NCBI GenBank assembly: GCA_965215145.1 | Contig: OZ244038.1 | Location: 3,132,579 to 3,196,578, forward strand | Source of the DNA: Rhodothermales bacterium | Lineage (GTDB): Bacteria > Bacteroidota > Rhodothermia > Rhodothermales > JANQRZ01 | Length of the DNA stretch: 64,000 nt | Direction of reading: 5' to 3' | Shown here: positions 36,360 to 45,003 of the stretch, one piece after another | Numbering within the stretch: position 1 is the stretch's first letter | Layout: each line of letters opens with the position of its first letter | Position numbers and translations under genes: made by a program | The notes under the pieces: model-generated | Databases searched by the model: none | What the model was told of the DNA's origin: nothing | Seen by the model: only the letters and a program-made list of their open reading frames with translations

Positions 36360-38156
36360 CTAACAGGCGACGGCCGGGGACGGCTCGGCAGCGCCCTCGG
36401 ATGCCGCGAGCAGGACGGTGAACGTGCTGCCGCGCCCGAGCTCGCTCTCGGCCGAGACCGTGCCCCCCATGCACTCGACGAGACGGCTCGTGATGGCGAG
36501 GCCGAGCCCGCTCCCCTCGTGCTCCCGCGCCTCCCCCTCCGACTCCTGCCGGAACTCGTCGAACAGCTGCGGCAGGAACTCCGGCGAGACACCGATGCCG
36601 GTGTCCCGCACCTCAATGCGGACGCGCTCCCCGGCCGGCGCGACGGCGATGGTGACCCCCCCCTTGGAGGTGAACTTGACGGCGTTCGAGACGAGGTTCG
36701 TGAGGACCCGGTCCAGCGCGGCCGGGTCGGCCCAGGCCGTCAGCTCGGCGCCGGCGGCCGGAGCGGAGCCTGGGGTGAGCGCAGCCGAACCATCGCCCCC
36801 GGCGGCCCCCTCGACGCGGACGGTGAGGGTCAGCCCCTTCCCCTCCGCCATCGGGCGGAGCATGTCCGCCACGGCGTGCGCGACCTCGGGGACGGGCACC
36901 GCCGCCGGGCGGAGGTCCACGCGGCCGGCCTTCAGCCGGGCCAGGTCGAGCACCGAGTTCAGGGTGTGGAGCAGGCGCCGCCCGCTCCGCTCGATGAGCC
37001 CGGCGAACTCCTGCTGCTCGCCCTCGACCTCCTCGGCCAGCATCTGCGCGAACCCGATGATGGCCGTCAGCGGCGTGCGGATCTCGTGGCTCATGTTGGC
37101 GAGGAAGTGCGACTTCAGCCGGGCCAGCTCCTCGGCCTCGGCCCGCGCCGCCTCGGCCTCCTCCCGGGCCTCCTCCGCGCGCTCGCGCGCCGCGACCAGC
37201 GCCTCCTCGCGCGCCGCCTCGGCCGTGATGTCCTGGCAGGCCCCGAAGTAGCGGACCCGCTCGCCGCGCGCGTTCGTCTCCGCCTCGCCGCGGATGGAGA
37301 GGGTGCGGACGGCGCCGTCGGGCCGGACGATCCGCGCCACGAACGCCTCGAGCGTTCGGTCCGTCTGGGTCGCCTCGACGAACCGGCCTCGGTCGTCGGG
37401 GTGGATGAGGCTGAAGAAGCGCTCGAGCGACGGCCTCTCGCTCGGGTCGATCCCGGAGATGCGGTACATCTCATCCGACCAGTAGGTCCGCCCCGCGGCG
37501 GGGTCGTACTCCCAGCTCCCGAGCCCCGCCACGCGCTGCGCCTCGGCCAGCCCCGCGTTGCTGTGCGTGAGGCTGTCCTGGATCTGGATGTAGGCCGCCA
37601 GCGCGATGTAGAGCGTGAGCAGGCACGAGCCGATGCCGAAGATGAAGAGCGGCGGGTCGAAGCCGGGCTCCGGCGTCACGACCACGAGCAGCACCGTCGT
37701 GGCGAACGCGAACAGGACGTACCACACGACGGGCGCCACCTCGCGGAAGCTGAGGCTGTTGAGCAGCGCGACCACGAGGACGACGAAGAGGAAGCCGAGC
37801 GCGTAGAGGGCGTTGAGCCCGTTGAGGTACGTCAGCGCGGCGAACCACACCGTCAGGAGGTACCCGCCGGCGGTGGAGATGGCGACCGCGTGGCGGCGCA
37901 CCCCCTCCGAGACGTAGGAGAGCCCGACCATCCCGAGGCCCGTGCCCGCGATGACCAGGCGGAGGCTCAGCGGGTCCACCGTCGCCGGGTCCGCGGCGTG
38001 GTAGACGAACCAGAACGGCAGCGTGAGCAGCGCGCACATCACCCCCACGATCCGGAAGATGCGGACGCGCGTCCGCGCGTGCCAGCCCCGCCCCGAGTTG
38101 GGGAGCGGGCGGAGCGCGGCGTCGCCGAGCCGGACGAGGAATCGGGGGACTTCCAT
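36360..38156 (-). CDS. Membrane sensor histidine kinase (multi-TM N-terminus, PAS, HisKA, HATPase)
   Basis: About 6 hydrophobic helices are followed by a PAS-like region (WSDEMYRISG...). The H-box is FLANMSHEIRTPL, with NLVSNAVKFT and the G-box GSGLGLAI. Confidence 0.85.
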   Translation of the reverse strand: MEVPRFLVRLGDAALRPLPNSGRGWHARTRVRIFRIVGVMCALLTLPFWFVYHAADPATVDPLSLRLVIAGTGLGMVGLSYVSEGVRRHAVAISTAGGYLLTVWFAALTYLNGLNALYALGFLFVVLVVALLNSLSFREVAPVVWYVLFAFATTVLLVVVTPEPGFDPPLFIFGIGSCLLTLYIALAAYIQIQDSLTHSNAGLAEAQRVAGLGSWEYDPAAGRTYWSDEMYRISGIDPSERPSLERFFSLIHPDDRGRFVEATQTDRTLEAFVARIVRPDGAVRTLSIRGEAETNARGERVRYFGACQDITAEAAREEALVAARERAEEAREEAEAARAEAEELARLKSHFLANMSHEIRTPLTAIIGFAQMLAEEVEGEQQEFAGLIERSGRRLLHTLNSVLDLARLKAGRVDLRPAAVPVPEVAHAVADMLRPMAEGKGLTLTVRVEGAAGGDGSAALTPGSAPAAGAELTAWADPAALDRVLTNLVSNAVKFTSKGGVTIAVAPAGERVRIEVRDTGIGVSPEFLPQLFDEFRQESEGEAREHEGSGLGLAITSRLVECMGGTVSAESELGRGSTFTVLLAASEGAAEPSPAVAC

Positions 38157-38174
38157 ATCAGCGTGAGTATCGCC

Positions 38175-38783
38175 TCAGCGATCTTCGGCGTTAAACTCCG
38201 CTATCCCGTCACGGACCCCGCGCTCTTGGGCGCGCACCCACGTCTCGAACCGGAACCCCGGCCGCCCCTCCTCCGGCTCGTGCGCCTCGCGGGCCGCGAG
38301 CTCGAAGGGGCCGTCCAGGAGGTGCTCGTAGGGCGGGAAGTACGTGTCGCCCTCGAAGGACCCCTCGACCAGCGTCAGCTCCAGCCGGTCGGCCAGCGGG
38401 AGGCCGGCGGCGTAGACGGCGGCGCCCCCACCGAGGTAGATCCGCTTCCGGTCCTCGTAGGCGCGGAGCGCGTCGGGGAGCCCGCCGAACACATGCACAT
38501 CCTTCAACCCGGCCCCCTCTACCTTCGCGCGCAGCGCCTCGGGCGAGCGGGTGAGGACGACGTTCTCGCGCCCCGCGAGCGGCCCGCCGAACTGGTGCAC
38601 CAGCGACTCGAACGTCCGCCGGCCCATCACGAGCGGGTGCCCGAGCGTGAGCCGCTTGAACCGCCGGAGGTCCGCCGGGAGGTGCCAGGGCAGCTCCAGC
38701 CCGTCCCCGATCAGCCGGTCCCGCTCGGCCAGCGCCGCGATGGCGACGATCTCCGGGCCGCGTCCTGTGCGCTCGTCTCCCAC
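38175..38783 (-). CDS. folA: Dihydrofolate reductase
   Basis: IVAIAALAERDRLIG...LPWHLPADLRRFKRLTLGHPLVMGRRTFESL, later YLGGGAAVY. It starts 4 nt after the thyA stop. Confidence 0.85.
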   Translation of the reverse strand: MGDERTGRGPEIVAIAALAERDRLIGDGLELPWHLPADLRRFKRLTLGHPLVMGRRTFESLVHQFGGPLAGRENVVLTRSPEALRAKVEGAGLKDVHVFGGLPDALRAYEDRKRIYLGGGAAVYAAGLPLADRLELTLVEGSFEGDTYFPPYEHLLDGPFELAAREAHEPEEGRPGFRFETWVRAQERGVRDGIAEFNAEDR

Positions 38784-38787
38784 GGGC

Positions 38788-39705
38788 TCAGACGGCGACG
38801 GGGAAGCGGATGGCGTCGTGGTGCCGGTAGCCCACGAGCCGGACGTCCTCGAACCGGAGGTCGTCCAGCCCCTTCGGCGCGATCTCCAACCGGGGCGCCG
38901 CGAAGGGCTCGCGCTGAAGCTGCTCCTCCAGCCCCTCGACGTGGTCCACGTAGACGTGGCAGTCGATGAGGGTGTGGGCGAACGTGCCGACGGCGAGGCC
39001 GGCCCCCTGCGCGATGGCCTGCGTCAGCAACGCGTAGCAGGCGAGGTTGAACGGCACGCCGAGGGCGAGGTCGGCCGAGCGCTGGGTGAGGTGGCAGTGG
39101 AGCCGCCGCACGCCCCCGGCGTCCTCCTGCACGTTCAGCACCCAGGCGAAGTGGCACGGGGGGAGCTTGCTGACGGCGGCGTTGGCCGGGTGCCACGCCG
39201 TCACCACGAGGCGCCGCGAGGTCGGGTTCCGGCGGATCTCGTCCACGACGTAGCCGAGCTGGTCGAACGAGAGCGAGCCGTCGGCCTCGCGGTGGACGTG
39301 GGGGTGGCCCTCGCCGGCCCACGTCTCCCCCTCCAGCGCCGCGCCGGCCTCGGGCACGGGGAAGCGGCGCCAGAACCGCCCGTAGGCCGTCTCGAGGTGG
39401 CCCTCCTCGTCGGCCCAGGCGTCCCAGATCTTCGTGTGCCGCCGGAGCTCGCGGATGTGCGGTGCGCCGGAGAGGTACCACAGCACCTCGCGCAGCATCG
39501 AGTCGAAATAGACCCGCTTCGTCGTCAGCAACGGGTAGCCCGCGGCGAGATCTACCCGGTAGTGCTCGGCGAACGACGAGATCGTGTCGGTGCCGGTGCG
39601 GTTGCGCTTGCGGGTCCCCGTCGTGAGGACGCGGCGGACGAGGTCGAGGTAGGCGAGGTCGGCCGGGTTCGGCGGGGCGAGCGTGGGCGCGGCGGCGGGC
39701 TGCAT
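38788..39705 (-). CDS. thyA: Thymidylate synthase (ThyA type)
   Basis: RNRTGTDT, IWDAWADE, LPPCH (catalytic Cys), SADLALGVPFN and HVY. Confidence 0.95.
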   Translation of the reverse strand: MQPAAAPTLAPPNPADLAYLDLVRRVLTTGTRKRNRTGTDTISSFAEHYRVDLAAGYPLLTTKRVYFDSMLREVLWYLSGAPHIRELRRHTKIWDAWADEEGHLETAYGRFWRRFPVPEAGAALEGETWAGEGHPHVHREADGSLSFDQLGYVVDEIRRNPTSRRLVVTAWHPANAAVSKLPPCHFAWVLNVQEDAGGVRRLHCHLTQRSADLALGVPFNLACYALLTQAIAQGAGLAVGTFAHTLIDCHVYVDHVEGLEEQLQREPFAAPRLEIAPKGLDDLRFEDVRLVGYRHHDAIRFPVAV

Positions 39706-39843
39706 CGGCGGCGGGTAGCGTTCGGGGACGGGCGGAGGTTACTGGCCCTCGACCGCCGCGCGCAACCGGTATGGACATCCACACGCGGAACGCGCATTGA
39801 GCCTCCGGGTTGAGCCTGGCCGCCTCCACTGCCCCCTTGCCCG

Positions 39844-40104
39844 ATGGACCCCGGCCTCCACGTCAAGCAAGCCGTCAACCACCTCAACAAGGTGCTCGCC
39901 TACTACCCCTACGTGCAGGAGGGGGACTGCGCCACGGTCGCCCTCACGCCCGAGGACTGGCAGGTCGTCGCCGACGCGCTGTTCCGCATGGACACCCCGC
40001 GCTCGGTCTTCCCCGACGCCATCGAGGACTACCGGCTCGCGGACGACGGCCGCGCCATCGAGCTCACCACCGCCGACTGCGCGATCACCGTGGAGATGGG
40101 CTGA
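39844..40104 (+). CDS. Hypothetical small protein
   Basis: 86-aa ORF with balanced composition (MDPGLHVKQAVNHLNKVLAYYPYVQEGD...), divergent from thyA. No family recognised. Confidence 0.4.
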   Translation: MDPGLHVKQAVNHLNKVLAYYPYVQEGDCATVALTPEDWQVVADALFRMDTPRSVFPDAIEDYRLADDGRAIELTTADCAITVEMG

Positions 40105-40108
40105 TCCG

Positions 40109-41623
40109 TCAGTTGCGCCCACGACGCACCATCGCCAGCGCGGCGCGGAGCTCGTCCCGCCGGTAGACCCCGGCGGCGACGACGAGGGGCGGGTAGAGCC
40201 CGACGAGGCCGAGGCGGGCGAGCACGCGCGGCCCCTGCGCCCAGTCCCAGGTCGGCTGCGCCAGCGCCCACAGGCCGAGGACGAGGAGCACGGCCGCCGC
40301 CAGCGCCGCCCACGGCAGCCGGACCGTCGTGGCCCGCCGCGCCTGCACCAGCGTGAGCCCGACGAGGCTGGCATACGAGGCCACCGTCGCCAGCGCCGCG
40401 CCCATCGCGCCGAGCGCGGGCACGAGCGCGAGGTTCAGCGCGAGGTTCAGCACCGCCGCCATCACGACGGCCGAGGCGATCTGCCGCGTCCGCTCGGCCA
40501 CGAACAGCAGGTTCATCAGGATGAAGTAGACGCCGTAGGCGAGGAAGCCGAGCGCGATCGGGAGGATCAGCGGCTCGGCCGCCCGGTACGCCGGGTCCGG
40601 CGAGAGGAGCACCGTGAGGTCGAGCGCGAGCACGGACACCGCGAGCACCCCCCAGCCGGCCCCGACGGCGAAGTGCCGAAACACGCGGCTGTGGAAGCCC
40701 GATGCCTCGTTCTCGCCGGCCGCGTCCTCCCCCCGCGTGAGCGTCTTCACCCCGAGCACGGAGAACGCCGCGTTGAAACTCTGCACGAATAGCATGTTGA
40801 TGAGCCCCCCGAACCGCGCGGCGAGGACGTAGACGGCGAGCACCTCCGGCCCCACGAGCGCGTCGAGCACGAACCGGTCGCCGACCTTCAGCAGCGTGCT
40901 CGCCAGCACCGACCCCGTCAGCGGCACGCCGAACGTGAGGAGCTGCCGGGCCAGCGCGGGCCGCCACCGCCACCGCGCGCTCCTGAGCACGGCCGCGCTC
41001 AGGAGCACCGCCGGCACCGCCGCCGAGGCGGCGAACGCCCCCATCACCCCCTCCAGCCCGGCGTCCCGCACGCCGAGCGCTACCCCCACCCCGCCGACGA
41101 GCACGGCCGCCTCGGCGACGAGGGCGATGAGGAACAGCCCCGCCCGCTCCCGCACCCGCAGCAGTACGTACGGCAGCGCCCCAACCGTCTTCAGCCCGAT
41201 GTAGGCGCCGGCCCAACGCATCACGCCCGCCCGGGCGGGGTCGTCGAGGAGGACCCCCGCCAGCGGCTCGGCCAGCAGCACGACGAGGGCTGCCACGAGC
41301 GCCGCCGTGGCGAGGGTGGTGAGGAACGCGGTGCCGGCGTAGTCGGCGGCGGAGGCGCCGCCTTCCGAGGACGCCCCGGCGGCGTAGCGGAGCAGCCCCG
41401 GCGCGAGGCCGAGCCCCGCCAGCGCGATGGCGAGCGCGGCCGTCGTCTCGATCAGCCCGAGGTAGCCGTAGTCGGCGACGGGGAGGCGCGCCGGGTCGAG
41501 GTAGAGCGGAAGCAGGACGAGCCCCGCCGCCTTGACGGCGAGGTTGCCGAGCGAGTAGATCCCGCTCTGCAGGAGAAGACGGACGGCCGGGCGTGCCGGT
41601 GCACCTGAGGAACGTCGGAGCAT
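40109..41623 (-). CDS. Polysaccharide/oligosaccharide flippase (Wzx/MOP superfamily)
   Basis: 504 aa with about 12-14 TM helices. The N-terminal SGIYSLGNLAVKAAGLVLLPLY pattern is typical of polysaccharide biosynthesis (MOP) transporters. Confidence 0.75.
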   Translation of the reverse strand: MLRRSSGAPARPAVRLLLQSGIYSLGNLAVKAAGLVLLPLYLDPARLPVADYGYLGLIETTAALAIALAGLGLAPGLLRYAAGASSEGGASAADYAGTAFLTTLATAALVAALVVLLAEPLAGVLLDDPARAGVMRWAGAYIGLKTVGALPYVLLRVRERAGLFLIALVAEAAVLVGGVGVALGVRDAGLEGVMGAFAASAAVPAVLLSAAVLRSARWRWRPALARQLLTFGVPLTGSVLASTLLKVGDRFVLDALVGPEVLAVYVLAARFGGLINMLFVQSFNAAFSVLGVKTLTRGEDAAGENEASGFHSRVFRHFAVGAGWGVLAVSVLALDLTVLLSPDPAYRAAEPLILPIALGFLAYGVYFILMNLLFVAERTRQIASAVVMAAVLNLALNLALVPALGAMGAALATVASYASLVGLTLVQARRATTVRLPWAALAAAVLLVLGLWALAQPTWDWAQGPRVLARLGLVGLYPPLVVAAGVYRRDELRAALAMVRRGRN

Positions 41624-41694
41624 GCGGGAAAGCAGGGGGCATCGCGGCGGGGAGGATACGCCTCTCTACAGGGCTGCTGTGAGGATGGGTTGCG

Positions 41695-42330
41695 TTAGGC
41701 CGTGTGAGACAATCCATGCTTGATCCAGTCCACCGCCGCCGCCACGTGGAGCGCGCCGAGGTAGCTCTCGGCCGTCTTCTCGTAGCGCGTCGCCACCGCC
41801 CGCCACTCCTTGAGTCGGCCCCACAGTTGCTCTACCCGGTGCCGCTCGCGGTAGGCCCCCCGGTCGTAGGCCGCTCGGTCGTAGGCCGCTCGGTCGTAGG
41901 CCGCTCGGTCGTAGGCCGCTCGGTCGTAGGCCGCTCGGTCGTAGGCCGCTCGGTCGTAGGCCACGGCCGGGTGCGTCCGGTTGGCCGCGACGACGGGCTC
42001 GGCTCCGGCGATCCGGATCCCCGCCCGCCACGAGGCCGACGAGTACCCCCGGTCGCAGACGACCCGGCCCACGCGGCCGAGCCCGACCACGGCGACCAGG
42101 AGCGCGTCGGCCACGCGGAGCTCCGAGCGGTGCCCCGGCAGCAGCCGGAACGCGAGCGCCCGGCCCCGGCGGTCACAGGCGACGACGGCCTTCGTGCCGA
42201 AGCCGCCCCGGCTGCGCCCGAGCGCTACGTCTCGGAGCGCTACGTCTCGGAGCGCTACGTCTCGGAGCGCTACGTCTCGGAGCGCTACGTCTCGGAGCGC
42301 TACGTCTCGGAGCGCTACGTCTCGGAGGGG
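41695..42330 (-). CDS. IS5-family transposase, DDE catalytic (orfB) part; needs a -1 frame change from orfA
   Basis: In the frame of track ORF 41695..42654, after the repeat: ALGRSRGGFGTKAVV, VVCDRGYSS, YRERHRVEQLWGRLKEWRAVATRYEK (the E of the DDE motif). Upstream of about 42330 this frame is not transposase-like. The reading frame runs into the terminal IR. Confidence 0.75.
   Translation of the reverse strand, partial: PLRDVALRDVALRDVALRDVALRDVALRDVALRDVALGRSRGGFGTKAVVACDRRGRALAFRLLPGHRSELRVADALLVAVVGLGRVGRVVCDRGYSSASWRAGIRIAGAEPVVAANRTHPAVAYDRAAYDRAAYDRAAYDRAAYDRAAYDRAAYDRGAYRERHRVEQLWGRLKEWRAVATRYEKTAESYLGALHVAAAVDWIKHGLSHTA
41861..41962. repeat. 15-bp tandem repeat (CGGTCGTAGGCCGCT) x 6 perfect + 12-bp partial copy, inside transposase orfB
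   Basis: Read directly from the sequence. It is in frame and encodes (AYDRA)n between the second Asp and the Glu of the DDE motif. A degenerate copy lies just upstream, at about 41848-41860. Confidence 0.95.
42221..42325. repeat. 15-bp tandem repeat (AGCGCTACGTCTCGG) x 7 perfect copies at the orfA/orfB junction of the transposase
   Basis: Read directly from the sequence. It encodes (LRDVA)n in the orfB frame, and every unit carries a TAG in the orfA frame. Confidence 0.95.
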
Positions 42331-42677
42331 GCCGTAGCGTCGGGAGCCCCCTTCTTCGCCCCCGCCGCCTTGGGGTGGGCGCGCACGACGGTCCCGTCGA
42401 GCATGACCGCGGCGAGGTCGGCGTGCCCGGTGTCGCGGAGGTGCTCGAAGGCCCGCTCCCAGACGCCCGAACGGGACCAGCGCTTGTGGAGTTGGGCGGC
42501 GCGCCACCAGGGCCCGAACTCGGCGGGGACGGCGCGCCAGGGTGGGCCGTTCTTGAGGCGCCAGACGACGCCCTCGACGGTGGCGCGCTCGTCGCGGACG
42601 GGGCGGCCTCGACCGGAGCGAGCGTGGTCGAGGGCGGCTTTGAGGGCGGCCCACTCGGGGTCAGTCAGGAGCGGCAT
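42315..42677 (-). CDS. IS5-family transposase, N-terminal (orfA) part
   Basis: LTDPEWAALKAAL..., GRPVRDERATVEGVVWRLKNGPPWRAVPAEFGPW and WRAAQLHKRWSRSGVWE form the DUF4096-type N-terminal domain of IS5/IS427 transposases. The TAG stop lies inside the first unit of a 15-bp tandem array. Confidence 0.8.
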   Translation of the reverse strand: MPLLTDPEWAALKAALDHARSGRGRPVRDERATVEGVVWRLKNGPPWRAVPAEFGPWWRAAQLHKRWSRSGVWERAFEHLRDTGHADLAAVMLDGTVVRAHPKAAGAKKGAPDATAPSET

Positions 42678-42888
42678 GGCGGGGGGGGCTGGAGCCGGGG
42701 CAACGTCACGCCGAAGCGATTTGTCTCACACGGCCTAGCGCCAGAGTCTAGGGCGGCGCAAATAGGCAGGGAGGTATGGCGCAAATCAATGCGCTCGAGT
42801 TTGTAGCTCTCGCCTAATCTCCATCGTGAGTCTTAGATTGGACCCTCCACTTCCGCCCACTCACCGACCGCGCCGGGCCGGCGCCTCT

Positions 42889-44943
42889 ATGATGAACCAC
42901 CCCCCTCGTCGCCGGTACGTCGGCGTTCTTGCGTTGCTTCTCTCCTGGCTAGCTCCGGTTGCCCCCGCCCAAGGGCTTCTCGAAGCGCTCCAATCGCCTA
43001 ATCCCGAATCGGACGGCGACTTCGGCTACTCCGTGGCCGGAGTGCCGGACGTCGACGGCGACGGCTTCGGGGACCTCCTCATCGGAGCGTCCTCTGAGAA
43101 TGGCGGGGCGCCGGACGCCGGGCGGGCCTACCTCTTCAGCGGCGCCTCCGGCGCTCTCCTCCACACCCTCACCTCCCCCAACCCGGAGACCAACGGTCGA
43201 TTCGGAGCGTGGGCCAACGGGGTGTCAGATGTCGACGGCGACGGCTTCGGCGACCTCCTCGTCGGAGCCCCCTTCGAAGACGGCGGCGCGCCGGACGCCG
43301 GGCGGGCCTACCTCTTCAGCGGCGCCTCCGGCGCCCTCCTCCACACCCTCGCCTCGCCGAGCCCCGAGTCCCCCGGCCGGTTCGGCACGGGGGTCGCCGG
43401 CGTGCCAGACGCCGACGGCGACGGCTTCGGCGACCTCCTCGTCGGAGCGAAGTTCGAGGACGGCGGCGCGGCGGACGCCGGGCGGGCCTACCTCTTCAGC
43501 GGCGCCTCCGGCGCCCTCCTCCACACCCTCGCCTCGCCGAGCCCTGAGGCCTTCGGCCGGTTCGGCACGGGGGTCGCCGGCGTGCCGGACGCCGACGGCG
43601 ACGGCTTCGGCGACCTCCTCGCGGGAGCCCCCTTCGAAGACGGCGGGGCGACGGACGCCGGGCGGGCCTACCTCTTCTCCGGTGCGACGGGCGCCCTCCT
43701 CCACACCCTCGCCTCCCCCAATGCAGCGTTCGATGGACGTTTCGGCGTCTCCGTCTCCGGCGTGTCCGACACAGATGGCGGTGGGTTCGGGGACCTCCTC
43801 GTCGGTGCGCGGAGCGAGAACGGCGGCGCGCCGGACGCCGGGCGGGCCTACCTCTTCAGCGGCGCCTCCGGCGCCCTCCTCCACACGCTCACCTCCCCTA
43901 ACCCTAATTTTGCTGGGAACTTTGGGTTTGATGTCTCCGAAGTGCCCGACGCCGATGGCGACGGCTTCGGGGACCTCCTCGTCGGCGCATTCACTGAGAG
44001 CGGCGGCGCGATCGACTCCGGGCGGGCTTACGTGTTCTCGGGTGCAACGGGCACCCTGCTAGCCGGACTAGTCTCTCCCAATCCCAAGTTCGATGGGTTC
44101 TTCGGCTTCGGCGTCTCCGGCGTACCGGACGCCAACGGCGACGGACGAGGCGACTTTCTGATCGGCGCCTATGAAGAGACGGGAGGCGTCTTCAGCGCTG
44201 GCCGTGCCTATCTCTTCACGGGCGGGGATGCTCCCCCACGTTACGAGCTTGAAGTGACCCCCCTCTCTTCCCTCACCGTCGCGCCCGGTGGCTTTGTCGA
44301 GTTATCGTACACCATCACCAACAACACCGACGAGGCCGCCGCGGGCGACCTCTGGGCCATAGCGCAACGGGCACCCTCAGGGCCGAGGCTCACAGTGGGG
44401 CCTATTGTCTCCGGCACCCTCGGGGCGGACGAGGTCGTTACAGGCGTCTACACACAGCGGATACCGGAGGACGCGCCCGCAGGGACCTACACCTACGTAG
44501 TCAACATCGGGACCTTCCCCGGTAACCCGGTCGACTCCGACACCCTCACCGTTACAGCGACGGGTACAGTGACTGGCTCCGCCAATGCCCACACGCAAGG
44601 TCGCCCCATGGGCGGGGCATGGAGGGTTACCAACGTTGCGGGATGGGGGAGCGCGCAGCTACGCCACGCCGTCTCCGCCGAAGCCCCCTCCGGGGCGACG
44701 GCCTATCCGAACCCGTTCACCGGGAGCACCCAGGTCGCCTTCGCGCTCGAAGCACCGGCTCACGTCCGGCTCGCCGTCTTCGATGTCGTCGGTCGTGAAG
44801 TAGCCCGGCTCGCCGAAGGCCAGTTCGCGCCGGGAACGCACGCCATGACGTTCGATGGGTCGGAGCTACCGAGTGGAGTCTATCTCTGGCGTCTCGATAC
44901 CGGGAATGCGGTTCAGACCGGACGATTAACGCTCCTTCGGTAG
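42889..44943 (+). CDS. FG-GAP (integrin-alpha-like) repeat protein with T9SS C-terminal sorting domain
   Basis: ATG at 42889 gives a signal peptide (MMNHPPRRRYVGVLALLLSWLAPVAPAQG). There are about 7 repeats of roughly 60 aa: D(V/A)DGDGFGDLLVGA..EDGGA.DAGRAYLFSGASGALLHTL.SP. These are followed by an Ig-like region and the CTD ...SGVYLWRLDTGNAVQTGRLTLLR. The track ORF starts at a GTG at 42826. Confidence 0.85.
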   Translation: MMNHPPRRRYVGVLALLLSWLAPVAPAQGLLEALQSPNPESDGDFGYSVAGVPDVDGDGFGDLLIGASSENGGAPDAGRAYLFSGASGALLHTLTSPNPETNGRFGAWANGVSDVDGDGFGDLLVGAPFEDGGAPDAGRAYLFSGASGALLHTLASPSPESPGRFGTGVAGVPDADGDGFGDLLVGAKFEDGGAADAGRAYLFSGASGALLHTLASPSPEAFGRFGTGVAGVPDADGDGFGDLLAGAPFEDGGATDAGRAYLFSGATGALLHTLASPNAAFDGRFGVSVSGVSDTDGGGFGDLLVGARSENGGAPDAGRAYLFSGASGALLHTLTSPNPNFAGNFGFDVSEVPDADGDGFGDLLVGAFTESGGAIDSGRAYVFSGATGTLLAGLVSPNPKFDGFFGFGVSGVPDANGDGRGDFLIGAYEETGGVFSAGRAYLFTGGDAPPRYELEVTPLSSLTVAPGGFVELSYTITNNTDEAAAGDLWAIAQRAPSGPRLTVGPIVSGTLGADEVVTGVYTQRIPEDAPAGTYTYVVNIGTFPGNPVDSDTLTVTATGTVTGSANAHTQGRPMGGAWRVTNVAGWGSAQLRHAVSAEAPSGATAYPNPFTGSTQVAFALEAPAHVRLAVFDVVGREVARLAEGQFAPGTHAMTFDGSELPSGVYLWRLDTGNAVQTGRLTLLR

Positions 44944-44960
44944 CCTGACCGTTTCGGTAA

Positions 44961-45003
44961 GGCGAGGGGCAGGGATGAGAACCTGTCAGCCCCGCCCCTC
45001 GCC
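44961..45003. terminator. Hairpin between convergent genes
   Basis: 10-bp stem GGCGAGGGGC (44961-44970) / GCCCCTCGCC (44994-45003) with a 23-nt loop. It starts 18 nt after the FG-GAP stop, and its 3' arm overlaps the last codons and the stop of the convergent GT2 gene. Weak as a terminator because there is no U-tract. Confidence 0.3.

Larger units (their letters stand above)
41698..42735 (-). mobile_element. IS5-family (IS427-group-like) insertion sequence
   Basis: Perfect 15-bp terminal inverted repeats: GGCCGTGTGAGACAA (41698-41712) and TTGTCTCACACGGCC (42721-42735). Both are flanked by TA (41696-97 and 42736-37), consistent with a 2-bp target duplication. The element encodes a two-frame DDE transposase. 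Confidence 0.85.

Noticed and set aside
41861-42325. Tandem 15-bp arrays considered as a possible CRISPR array
   Set aside because: The units are directly adjacent with no spacers. At 15 bp the unit is far shorter than CRISPR repeats. The arrays lie in frame inside a transposase gene, and no cas genes are nearby.
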